A model generated the notes under the pieces. It saw nothing but the letters and a program-made list of their open reading frames with translations, did not search any database and was not told the origin of the DNA. A stretch of DNA of 64,000 nt, from contig CT868274.1 of NCBI GenBank assembly GCA_000165425.1, positions 310,001 through 374,000 on the forward strand, in the 5' to 3' direction. A program made the position numbers and the translations under genes. Of the stretch, positions 1-12,774 are shown in pieces. This stretch comes from Paramecium tetraurelia (taxonomy: Eukaryota). Every line of letters starts with the position of its first letter. Position 1 is the first letter of the stretch.

Positions 1-805
1 ATAAGGGTGATAATCCTACTATCACACTTACTGAACATGACATTAAATCTGGTCATTTTAAAGAAAACGAAGAGGACTTCATAGAACTTGATTTCACACC
101 ACCTTGGCCTAGAGTTTCAATGATGGCTGAATTGGAAAAAAAATTAGGTGAAAAATTGCCTGAAGTCTTGGAAAGTGAAGAAGCTAATGCCTTCTTTGTT
201 GAATAAGCAAAGAAACACAAGGTTGAATGCTCTAATCCAAGAACAACTGCTAGATTAATTGATAAATTAGTTGGTCATTTCTTGGAAGTCAATTTCAGGA
301 ATCCCACATTCTTAATTGATCATCCTTAATTAATGAGTCCATTGAGTAAAGTTCACAGACAATATCCAGGCTTAACTGAAAGGTATTATTTAAAACAAAT
401 ATAGATTTGAACTCTTTGTTAATTATCATGAATTGTGCAATGCCTATACAGAATTGAATGACCCATTTGTTTAAAAGGCATTATTCTAAAAGTAAGTAGA
501 AGATGCTGCCAAAGGTGATGATGAAGCTATGGGATATGATGAAGGGTTCATTAAATCTTTAGAACACGCTTTACCACCGTAAAAATTATCAAATATTTAA
601 TCTTAGAACTGCAGGATGGGGTCTTGGTATCGATAGATTTGTGATGTTGTTAACTGATACACAAAACATCTAAGAAGTTCTTCTGTTTCCAGCAATGAAA
701 CCTGAAATGACTATAGAGGAAATGTAGAAAATTTAAAAAGAGAAGGAGGAATAAAAATAAAAATAATAACAATAATAATAATAATAATAATAGTAACAAC
801 AATGA
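1..805 (+). CDS. KARS1: Lysyl-tRNA synthetase (class II), C-terminal part; gene begins before the window
   Basis: Ciliate-code translation gives [67 protein letters not shown] and [10 protein letters not shown] (motifs 2/3). Introns at 383-404 (22 nt) and 579-606 (28 nt); TGA at 803-805. Confidence 0.96.
751..802 (+). repeat. (TAA)n/CAA microsatellite encoding a poly-Gln C-terminal tail of LysRS
   Basis: TAA AAA TAA AAA TAA TAA CAA TAA TAA TAA TAA TAA TAA TAG TAA CAA CAA then TGA, in frame with LysRS. Confidence 0.85.
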
Positions 806-1763
806 AGGATATTAAATAAATAAAAATATATAAAGAGTCAAATATTTTTATCATTTCCATTTAAACCAATATTTCTTATTAGTTTTTTATTTTGAGTATT
901 TTTGATATACAATTAATCTTTATATTATAATAAAACCTATCATAAGCTAACATTTGCGACTTTCTGTAAATTGATTTGTTAATTATATAATATTAACTAG
1001 AAAGTAAATTATAATTCAATTTGATTCTCTTAAACTTGAAAAGTTTAGTCCACCATCATAATTAACAATCTGAAGATGAAGAAATAAAACTTTTCCTATG
1101 ACGAAAACAATTAAGAAGTGTGTTTATATATATGGTACTTAAGGAATTTTACATGCATATCTTTGCACATTTTTAAATCCAGAAAAAGATTTCAGAAATC
1201 TTATCACCATAAATTATTGAACTTACTTATTTGTCAGCTTTAAGCTTAGGGAATAACTTGCATCAAAGATTAAAAACTAATTTCCTCTATCTTATTATGA
1301 TATAATAAAAATTTTTTGAATTATTTGAATTGTGTTTTCAAAGGACTTGCAATTTTGTTCTGAATATTCTTAAGAATTTCAAAACAATTGGAAGAATATG
1401 CCTCTTTATCCCAGCATCAATGAATGCATAATTCGAAATTCCTAAACAACTATGGATTTAATTAGAATAGCAGGAGTGATAATTCATATTCGTCTGAGAA
1501 TCATCTAGAAAGAAGTTGGGAAGCATTGATAAAAAATGGATTTATAGAGTTAAGGCAGAAATTGAATGAGATAAAAATATGTGATATAAAGTGATGTTAT
1601 TCCAAACGCTAATTATTCTAGAATTCTCTTACATAGAGCCAAGAATTAGTCATTTGATTATATCTAAAAGCAAATATCCAAAGAATGATTTTAGGCTTAC
1701 AATTAATAACTGAAATAAATAGCATATATGACTGATTTTTTTTGCTCCTATTATTTATCAAAT

Positions 1764-2434
1764 TCATGCTTGATTTGGATACTCTTTTTAAACAACAGCT
1801 TTGAATTCATCCCAACTTAATGAGCCATCCTTATCTTTATCTGCATATTCTACCATTTCTCTTAGTTCCTAATCTGTGTATCTCTCTGATACCAAATCAT
1901 TTATTCTTTTGAAATCCTCGTAAGTAACCTTACTTTATCCAGAGGAATCAAATTCTTAATATAATTTCTCAAGCACTTATTCATCTTCAATTGTGCTATA
2001 TGCTTATATTAATTATCAATACCCTGAAAATCCAAAAATGTTGAGAAATTCTTCAAAATCAATCAAACTTGATCCATCTTAATCAAGATCTTAAATCATA
2101 TTTACAATCTCTTCGGCTGATTATTCCATTCCTAAAGCAATGATGGCATTCTTCATTTCATTTGGACTTTTATAATTATTTTCGCTTACGATATTGAGCC
2201 ACTCTTATCATCATCAAAGATGTCAAAGCATTCCTTAATTTTTTAGACTTCTTCTTTGCTAAGTCCTGGTTTCACATACTTCGAAGGATCAAAACCACTT
2301 GCAGCTGGTTATTAAGATACTACTGGAGCAGGACCTTTTCCTTTTGTTGCAGCTGGAGCTTATTATACCTAACTTTTATTAGCTTATTATGTTGGCTGAG
2401 CTGCTGATTATTATTTTTATTGACTTCTACTCAT
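1764..2434 (-). CDS. Centrin/caltractin-like EF-hand protein (infraciliary lattice-type centrin)
   Basis: Q/A/P-rich N-terminus, then KPGLSKEEVQKIKECFDIFDDDKSGSIS, DLDQDGSSLIDFEEFL, EFDSSGQSKVTYEDF and ADKDKDGSLSWDEF (four EF-hands); two tiny introns. Confidence 0.9.
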
Positions 2435-2481
2435 TTATTTAAAATAATATTAATGATACACAAATTCATTTCTTAATTATA

Positions 2482-3074
2482 TCACAATGTTCTTATTTTC
2501 CTTATTTTCTTAATACTAGCCTTTTACTACTTGTTTGACTTGCCTTAATCATTTATTTCTCTTTTCAATATTCCTCTATACTTACAACATTTTTCAACTA
2601 AAATCCAATAAATTAATTGAACAATTAAAATATCTCTGTCTCTTATCCAAAGAAAAGCCTCCCATGATTTTCTTTCTATCAATCTCTTATTTAAATTAAA
2701 TAATTTTTTCTTCGAATTCTGGATGTGTTGAAATTCTATAAATCACTGAAATCTATATATGTTCTTTTTCCAACGAAATTTTTTATTATTTTTAGGAATC
2801 CTAATTTAGTTGAATTAAAGAAATAATTTGATTTTTTTGAACAAGAGCTTCCTTGTGAATATTACTCGAATTTAAAGTATTCCTCTTATGAATTCTATAT
2901 TGTCTTATCAACTGATCTCTATGATCCTGATAAGAATAAAATTATAGATTAATCTTCTAATATTTTAGAAACATATATTCCAGAATAATTTACACTAACT
3001 GCATCAAAAGATTTACAAAGTTATTAAGTCAGCGTATTATATTATGATCGAATTGAATCTAATATATAGAACAT
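2482..3074 (-). CDS. Hypothetical protein with a basic C-terminus
   Basis: Frame open under TAR=Gln from MFYILDSIRSQ to KKIRKIRTL-TGA, with one 25-nt GT-AG intron; no family recognised. Confidence 0.5.
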
Positions 3075-3285
3075 AGTCAAATGATTCTTATACTGATAGT
3101 AATTTCTATAATTTTAGGAGTTGAATATTATTGCACATTTATATTTTAATTATTAGTGTAAAAATATTAATCATGTTATGATTGTTGAAATCGTACACTA
3201 GGACATATTAACGAATAAATATTTAATAAATACATTGCTTAAACTTAAATAAAATACTTTGATTGATATACTCTAATATATGAGT

Positions 3286-3870
3286 TCATTTAAATTTATT
3301 AGAATAAGGACTGATTTTATTCATTGTGAAATAATCATTGGCATAATTGGTTTCTTTACACAATTTTCTTGGATAAGTAAATTTGGATGGAGAAAGACTA
3401 TTAGAGTTCTAATGAAGGAAATAGATTAATATATACATTAGAATGCCATCCAAGTTCTTAATTAGATGTTTAAGGAAATTAGTATTTCTATCGAGGAGTC
3501 CTATTCATAGTATTCAATTTATCAACGATTTCCTCTTAAATATTGAGATTTCATTACTTTCTAAAGGTGGAGAATCATCAGTGATTTAATTAACATCAAA
3601 TGCTGGTTTAGTAATGGCTCCTGTCTTTTCAAGATGTTTTTATAACATAATACTATTGTTAGGTTTCTCTTGGATTATGTATACTAAATTTAGGATTAAC
3701 AGTTGCAAATACATTTATGAGGATTGATAGTAAAATGTTCATAAACTTTTAAGTGTTAATTTTCCTTTCTTACTGCTTCTTACCAGATTTTCATTTCCTA
3801 AATTATAGAAATTTCATACAGCAACTGGACTTCGATCTCTTTTATTATTTTTTGCATCTTACTTTGCCAT
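3286..3870 (-). CDS. CFAP144: FAM183/CFAP144-family ciliary microtubule inner protein
   Basis: Spliced product MAKQ...IWQEAVRKENQHLKVYEHFTINPHKLYIIQEKP...TPRQKYQFPQTSNQELGW...ETNYANDY matches the FAM183 motifs; four tiny introns. Confidence 0.75.
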
Positions 3871-3961
3871 TTTATATTTTAATTATAAAAAGATTAGTAA
3901 GAGAATTTATATTATATTATATTATAAAATTTAGTTATGAGTCTTAACAAAAGGGCTATAT

Positions 3962-6900
3962 TCAATTTAATCTACCAATACAATTCTTAGCTCCACAGCT
4001 ACACTATATTTTTTACGATTCTGCTTCTATTTCAAATTAATAATCATAAGTCAACTCTTCCCCTACTGAGATGTCCTTTCTAGCATAAATCAAAATCTTT
4101 TCATCTAATAATAAAGAATCACAATTTGGCTATAATTAGACTATTAATTACTTGACAACTATGATTTAGAAATCTAGCCTCTGACCCTTTAAAAGTTGCA
4201 TCTATTACCTTGGTTTTGGATGCCCTAAACATATAGCAGTCTCCAAATCCTTGTTCATTATATGTCAACTCTCTATAATCTGCTAGTGCATTTCTAATAA
4301 CTTCCCCTGTGTATTCAATTACAAAGTCTCCTTTTTTAAAACTAAAAATATTGCTTAAAATACTCCTATTTAGTGAAAAGTCCATATTTATGGATATGTG
4401 AAGGTGCAACATAAAGTTTATTCTTTTGTTTCTAATTTTTGGATTCTTATTTCAATTTTTTTTCTAATTCTTCTTGTTTATCAATTTACTTCAATTCTTC
4501 TGTTAATAAGTTCGCTTCCTCTAAAATATCATTAGGATTAAAAGTAACTATTTTTTATTAAGGGTCTTTTCTTGATAATTTACTATTTTGATGTTTAATA
4601 GTTGGAAGGTTGTCATATAGCATGGGATGATTGTCATACACAGTATTTAGATTGACTTAAGTCTCAGTTATAACTCTACTGATTTACTATAAGATTTGCA
4701 ATCTTTCATCCAAAGGAAGATCTTCGACAAAAGATTATTAATAAAACCATTCTTTAAATTGACTGAACTGGCAAACAGAATTGCACATTTTTTATATATT
4801 TTTAGTATCTAATAATTATTATCGAACTTATTGTGTGTATAACAAAAAGAATTCTCCTAAATTCTCTGCGAACTCTATTCCTTTAATATTATTATCTTTA
4901 GAAGAGTCCACCAATTCTTATAAGTTTTGAACTTTGTATTCTTTATAGGGATATTTATCCAAGACCAATTTTGTAACTGAAAATTGCAATTATCTATTTT
5001 TATCACTTTTTTCACATTCTCTTAGAAATTGTTACTTACTTACTTATGCATATCTAATTTTGAATTCTTTCATGTTCAATGAAATATAGAGAATTTTATC
5101 CCTCAATGTTAATAAGTTCAATTCTTCAAATTATCCTCTCTATTCAGATGGCTTCAATGCAATCAAGATTGTATTAGAATATCTATGAAGAACTGTTTAA
5201 GATTTTTTATCCTATTTTTATTATACTACTATTTTTCTCCAAATCATAAAACTTGTAACACACTATTCCTAATTATCAAAACAAGATTAACAATATACTC
5301 TTTTGCTATGAGTAAATGCCCATTACTCTTTATAACCACAATAAAAATGACATCTTTTTCTGCACTTTCCACAAATGATTGAAGATCCTACTTATTGACA
5401 ATATTCACATTTAAAATTATTATTTTTAAGTAATGCCTTAACTGTTAATTCACATTCTTTGCTATCTTCATTCCAGAGTACACAATTAGTATGAACCCAA
5501 CGCACATCATCAACATACAATAACCTACCACTTACACTTCTATTCCCAAACTTTTTACACAATTAACATTACATTTTATCTAATGGACTTTCTATTAATT
5601 GATCCTCATTTTATTATGGAAATCTTTAGATAAACTCATTTTATATAACAAATTGCTCCCTTGGCTATTATTTCATTTCTTATTCTTATTTAATTAATAT
5701 CTATTCTGCCTCTTAAATTTTGTTATCATGTAATTATTTCATTTCTTGAATACATTATTTTATTAATTGATTATTTTATTAATATGATTTTAATTTTTCT
5801 GTTATCTAGGTTTCAGAATATTTATCATTCAATTATTTGATATTTTATTTCAAATAGTTTGTTGCTATCTTTAACCACCCTTTTTAAACTAAAATATGGT
5901 CTTTAGCTTATTGTTTTTTCAATTCTACCATTTGCGAAGTATATTATTTTTTTATTGATCTTACAATAGAATTTGGAATTGGAAGGAATAGAAGTTATTA
6001 TTTTTAATTCTATAAGAATTTCATTCTAAATAATTTCGAATTTTAGTACTAATCCAAAATGTTTAAGTAGTTTGTGTAATATTAGTTATCCAAATATTAA
6101 AATGAGTTCTCATACTTTAAATGTTATACAAAACAACACTATAAATCGGTAATCAGATTAATTGTGTCTAATGCAAACCTATTTACTTTACTGAATTCGA
6201 ATAAAGAGTTGCTTTGACCAATAATTGTTTATAAGGAAAAGATGACAAATTGTTTTTTTTATTTAAAGAAGTGAATTAAAAGCTATCGTTCATGAAAATC
6301 ATTTTCAAGTTAAAAATGAACAAATTCTTATCGTTTTTATTGTGTAACAGTAAACAATTGCTTTGGAGCTTCAAACCAATTATATCGTGCACACCAATAT
6401 TACGTCAATTTACCAATGTATTCATCACTGATATCTTTGTTATTTGTTAAATCCTCTTTTAAATTCTCAATGTTTTGTTAATATTAAAAAAAGTTAGATA
6501 CAAGAGACTCCAATTACTCTAAATTTTCCATAATGAAAGTTTGCTAAACTTAATTTAATTGAGGTGCCCATTCCAAAAAATTAGAAACAACAGGAACCAC
6601 TTTTTTTAATGATTTAGCTTTTATTGTTTATCTTATGCTTTATTCTTTAAGCTTTTCAATTTTGAATAATAATTGAGAAATGTCCTAAGAACAATCCGAA
6701 CATATTCCTTCATTATTAATAGTTTTTTTATTCTTCAACAAACAAGTAACATGATAGAATTGTTTACATTTTACACATTGTTTATATTATTTGATAGGCT
6801 TCGTTTCCTTATTTAAATATATTTTATCAACATTGCTTTCTAAAGTTATAATTTTTTATATAATTACATTTTACGTCTTAGAAATATAATCTATACAATG

Positions 6901-8828
6901 ATCCAAGTTTCTAATTTTCTATTTCGATGCAGTCATCAGATTATTAATCATTATAGATTTATATGTACTCTTCACAAAATTAACAAAATCTAAAACCAGC
7001 TACATCTAGACCACAACTTAAACAATATTGAAAATTTTAGAAGTATTCAATGCTTATATGCACCTAGGATAATATTATTAAATACTGTATTCGAAGTTGT
7101 TGTTGGTTTGATTCTTGATAATAGTTCTGGACCAAATAATTTAGTAGTTTGGCAATTGGCACATTTGAAACAATTCTTGCATTTCCAATAATCTAGCCCA
7201 TCTGTAGGAGCAATGAAATTATTGAAGACACATTAGAAGTGATAAAATTCATTACAATTGCAACAAAATAAATCATTTTTTTACCCATACTTATCACATT
7301 CTTTACATCTAACACAATTATTACATGTCCAATTTTATAAGGATTTCATGACTCTCTATTAGTGATATTGAGAGTTATTAATTTGACAGTAGAAGTGATA
7401 TGTTTTATTGCAGTTTTCACACATCAATAAATTATCAAGAAATTCATATCCTCCACATGAACAACAAATATATTCAAAAATCAATTCAGGACATCCTACT
7501 TTCATTGTGAAAGGTTGAACTAAGTTAACAGTACTTAAATCTTTAATTAACAGATCTTTTACTATATATTGCAACTAAGGAGAATCAATCGAATCATCAG
7601 TTAATTAAGGTGGTTCCAGTTTAAATAAATAATCCAAATATGGGTGTCTCTATGTAATTTTATTAATATCAATCTTGATTTTTATTTCTCTTTGAACTTA
7701 TTACTTCAAGAAATCTATCATATTTAATTTAATTAATGGTTCATCTTCATTTTCAAAATCTAAATTTAAATTAATAGTCTTTTCCCATTAAATTAGACTA
7801 CTTTTAACGTTTCTAGGAGGTACTGGTTATGTTATACTCAATAATTATGGTTCCCATAATGGGATATAATTATTTATCCCTTCTAGGTTTACTAAGTCTT
7901 TTCCACCAAACCCATAATTCAAAAATTATCTAAATGCCAATTGGACATTTTCTGAAGTAAACAAATGAATATTGTTTTTATATGTTAATAGATCTTCGTC
8001 TGTTAATTTTAAGTAACCTCTGAATTATTGAAACAGAATATCATATAAAATCTTTAGTATACTCCCTTTACGATGTGCTTTAGGATTTGATAAATTGAAT
8101 TCCAAAAAATTAGAGCACATTAATTTAATATCTGCATAGAGTTTAAGTTCAGGATTATCTAAATACTCACCCTTTTTGTTCTTCTTATGAATAGTGTCAA
8201 AATCAATAGGGTTTTTGATTACTTCTCTATATTTAACAGAACTTGGATCATATTGCCATAATAACTTTTCATCATCAAAATATGTTAAATATCGGATAAG
8301 CTCAGAAAAGATTACCTTCCTTAATTCTATCCGGCATTTGGGACATCTATAAGAGTCGAAAATAGGTTTACGATCTTTAAATAGGGGTTCACACTTCTTA
8401 TGAACATATAAACCGCAATCTCGACACTCGCATATATTTTCTGCTTTATCCCTTTCAACCATTGACTTTTTGCATAAAATACAATATTTATTGTTCTCGT
8501 ATTTAATTAGACATTCATTGCATAAAGAATTTTCAACAACTTAACTAGCACATGATGAACATGAGTTTGGTAATTTTTTATGGTGAGATTTCTTTTATTT
8601 TTAAGATTTCTTCTATTATTCATTATGACTAGATAGCTATATCATGCCACTCTGATGATGGGAGCTACTCAATCCTTATTCCCCAGAACTTTACTCATTA
8701 AATGACTAACTAATATTTTGATTATCAGTATATGTTTATTATTTCTATACTGCTCCTCTTGTTATTTTTACTCCTTTTTCAAGCAACTTAAAATACTCCC
8801 CATTACTTATATTTAACTATTGACTCAT
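3962..8828 (-). CDS. Trithorax/MLL (KMT2)-like histone-lysine methyltransferase with PHD fingers, bromodomain, extended PHD, SET and post-SET
   Basis: Bromodomain YREVIKNPIDFDTI...DIKLMCSNFLEFN; several C4HC3 PHD fingers; ePHD CQLCKKFGNRSVSGRLLYVDDVRWVHTNCVLW; SET VIEYTGEVIR, IDATFKGSEARFLNHSC and ELTYDY; post-SET CSCGAKNCIGRLN-TGA. Confidence 0.9.
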
Positions 8829-9229
8829 AATTAATTATAAAATATATATTTATCAAACTAATATATATTCATATTTACTATTTTTTAATGCATATAACAC
8901 ATAATTTATCCATTTCATATAAAGTGTAAATAGAATATTCATAATTTTCAGATTGCTATTCTAAAATTGCTATGCATTTTATAAAGAATAATATTCTATT
9001 AAATGCCAATATTAATTTGAATGAAAATACCCAGAAATTAAATAAGTAAGATGACTATTAAATCTATCTACTATTGTATCATATTTGTACTGCTTTTGTA
9101 TTCTAAAAACTTCAGCATAATCTTTACGAATACTTGGGATAAATATGAAAAGTTAAAAATAATATACTTAAATTAAAAAATAAAATAATGACTATAATTA
9201 TTTAATAGAATATATCATTTTATTTTTCA

Positions 9230-9675
9230 TCATTTATGCTTATTTCTTTTTGGAATGTGTTCTGATGATGAAATATTTTCACTAGAACTTTCACTTGGTG
9301 ATTCATTTTATTAATATTTGATATGTTTTTTTGGCTAAAAATTTGAAGGATTTTTAATACCTATTATGACTTTTATTCTTCATCATCTATGATTAAGAAA
9401 TGCTAACTAATCAATTCTTTAAGAGCACTCATTGTTATTCTAACTTTTTCATCTTTTTTCTTTTAAGTCTTATGTTCTACATGAACCACAGAACTATCTG
9501 ATTCTTATTGGTTGACTGTTCTCTTTTTTTAAGTTTATAATGTCTTTGGTTTGACAGGCTTTTTCTAAACAGATTTTTTCAATAGATTAGAGGTAACACA
9601 AGCCAAGACACCGTCAGTTGACATTACTCTCTTCCTTTTACCATCAATAATGTTATCTTAAGAAATCTTTTACAT
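9230..9675 (-). CDS. Small basic hypothetical protein (likely nuclear)
   Basis: MQKISQDNIIDGKRKRVMS... is open with one 26-nt intron to KRNKHK-TGA; has an NLS-like KRKR. Confidence 0.55.
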
Positions 9676-9782
9676 TTAATTAAATTAAATAATAATCTCT
9701 AGACATAATGAAGATACTATTTACACATCTGCTTAATTTGATTTTATTTTTGTATATCAATATTGATAAATAATTATAAAAT

Positions 9783-12708
9783 ATGATTGAAGACACTCAT
9801 TATCATTCACAACAAGCCAATAAAAATTAAAACTAATTCGATAGAAGAAGAAGTAGTGTATAGTTTTAAGATGCTTCAACAATGATCAACCCAAGCAGCA
9901 CTCATCTCTCTAGAAATGCATCTTACTCTATGCCACATGAAAGTCAAATAAATCCTCAGAGTAAGTTAAGTGACATATTATCATAATAGTACTTGCTAAG
10001 ATAGCAGCTATGGTGCCCTACAATTCAGATAATAAAAAGAAATTTTTTAGAGTGGATCATGTTCTCAAACCAAAAAAGAAACCAGATCCTCTTGAAGAAG
10101 AACAAGAGAATGAAATAAGAAAGAATTTGTAATTGTCACCAGAGATAGTCAAGGAGGATTTATTAAACAAACCATTAGTAGGACCTTAAGCAGTCTAGTT
10201 ATATTATCAACATTATAAAAAAGTGAATAAGGTTCGTTAATAAAATGACTTCTTCAAAATTTCAGGTAAGACTTAAATTTATAAATAGATAGTGTATAAA
10301 CTGCAATGCTTCGTTAAGCGGAATAAATTGATGTATTACCTTGTAAGATAGGAGTTGTCAAAACTAAAGGCAGTGAATAATCTCTCTAGATAAGTCATTA
10401 GAAGTACGGAGATAGATATGCATCCATGTTAAGTGAGGGTTTGAAAGTCAACCCTAATATCAAGGATTTTTATATGGCAAATAATAGAATTCAAAGTTCA
10501 GGAGCAACATAACTATTGAATTAAATTGGAAAAGTGGCCAAGATTCTCGATCTTTAATAAAATAATATCGGAAAAATAGGAACAGATTCGATTTGTTAGC
10601 AAATATAATCAAGAGAAAACAAGTAAGAAAGAGAATTACAATTTTAGATTAGAAGTGTTAAATTTAGAAGACAATAAATTAGGTGACAGAAATGTAACTC
10701 GTATTTTGAAGGCATTGTTGAATAGCAATAATAAGTTGAAATCATTAAATGTTAGTAAGAATTATTTGACAAACGATATTGCAGAAATATTGAAGGATAG
10801 TATAATTCAATTAGATAATATGGAGTAATTATATATACACTGGAATTAAATAAAAGGATGGGGCGGATAGAAGATATTTGAAGCCTTAATAGAGAATAAG
10901 ACTTTATTGGTATTTGATGCTGGTTGGAATAGCTTTGGAATCTAAGAGAGAAAAGATGTTTAATGTATATAGAAGATATGTGATTTTTTGATAACTAATA
11001 AGACTGTGTTGCATTTTGATTTATCATCCAATTAATTTAGTCTAAATGATTGTAAACTAATAGCAAATGCATTAAAACAGAACAGAACAATATATGGATT
11101 TCACTTTGTGAATAATTGGGGAGTTATTGATGCAAGAGGATTCTTATAGATATAGGAGAACGAATTATAGCGAGTCTTAGGAGAAACACCTAGAATCAAA
11201 GGATTATAGTAGACTACAACAATCAGATAGGAGAATGTGTGTTGGATATGTGAAGGTTGGTAAGAGTAGAAGTTTACTTGGACGCCTGAGATATCAGGAG
11301 AAGGTGAAGCAGATCCTTTATTTATTCATTTGGATTTTGAGGCTTATAAATAAGTGTATATTCCAAAGACTCAGGATCAAATATCTTTAACTTTAATGAT
11401 CCCTACAAATACTACCTAATATATTTACACAATGAATGATACATAAGTGATTGCTATTGATTAACCAAATGTTCCTTATGGACACTAATTGAAAATTAAT
11501 TACAATAATAACTATATAAGTGTTTTGATGGATAATGTAAATTAAGTAAAGAAGGACAAACATTTTTCAATTTTTGATTAAGTTGAATTCAAACCATTAA
11601 TTAGTGTGTTACCTAGAACACCAGATCCAGTTTATATTCCTCCTAAGTTGAAAAAGTAAAAGAGAATTTGGACATTCCCCATTTCTATTTGGGCTAAGGA
11701 TTTTAAATTTGAGAATGAGGATTTATTGAAGAAATGCTTTGAAAAAGATTTCTCTTGTAGCAAGATATCCAAAATAGTAAAGAATCCTGATGAATTGTTA
11801 GAAATTAAGAATGTTTTATGGGCACATTATAAATTGATTAAGGAAACTTATAAGTAATATAGTTCTAACAGTCCAACGGGGGATGTGTGGTCAATATCTT
11901 CTAATGTTATCACAGAGTTTGCTTAATAAACTGAATTGATAGACGGGAAGTCTTTAAAATTGTCTGATTTAGATCTGAAATTTATAGCAACCTGTGCAGC
12001 TTCAATTGAATACAAGGGAAATTTTAGGAATCCTGAGAGAGCACTTTGTAGATTCTAATTTATGGAGTTTTTGGTTAGGGTTTCTGAGGATAAGTATTTG
12101 AAAACGAAAGTTGCTAATAATATGTTGGAGGCAACGAAAATGATCTTAGAATAATGTAAAACATACATGTCCACATTCGATGCTTAGAAGTGGAGGGATG
12201 AGAGATATTTTAATGAACAATGTGATGATTGTTTGAAATTCTTCAGGCCTTTACTCAATCACATATATAATAAATATAGTGTGAAGAAGGTGAAACCAGG
12301 TTAGAAGAAGTTTATGTGTTTGGATGAAATACATGAAATATGTTCGTAAGCCAGTCTTTACGACGAAAGGTTCGTTGAGAGAGATGCTGATAATGTAAAA
12401 TCATTAATATAATGTAGGCTTTCAATTTATCCATGATGCTCCAAGTTGATGAATTAGAAAGTGATAGGATATTTTAGATGACTTTCATTGAATTCTTAGA
12501 AGCAATTGCAAGAATTGCTGATAAGGTATCTATGCCAGGAATTGATGCAGTAGATTTGACTTGGGATCAAAGGGCTGTATAACCACTTCATTTGAAACTA
12601 GAGAAGATGATAATACATTTAGCTAATACTTGTTCATCTGAAGAATTTAAGTTACAGTATGGAAATATTAACAAATCAATGTTTGCAATAGTTGAGGAAG
12701 ATGATTGA
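9783..12708 (+). CDS. Leucine-rich repeat (RNI-like) protein with a C-terminal EF-hand-like helical region
   Basis: Repeats LDLQQNNIG, LNLEDNKLGD, LNVSKNYLT, LYIHWNQIKG and FDLSSNQFS; C-terminal LCRFQFMEFLVRVSEDKY and MTFIEFLEAIARIAD; several tiny introns; TGA at 12706-12708. Confidence 0.85.
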
Positions 12709-12774
12709 TAGTCAATTAATTTTATCTTTTTATATTGTAATATTTTTATAATATCAAAATCTCTATACCAATCA

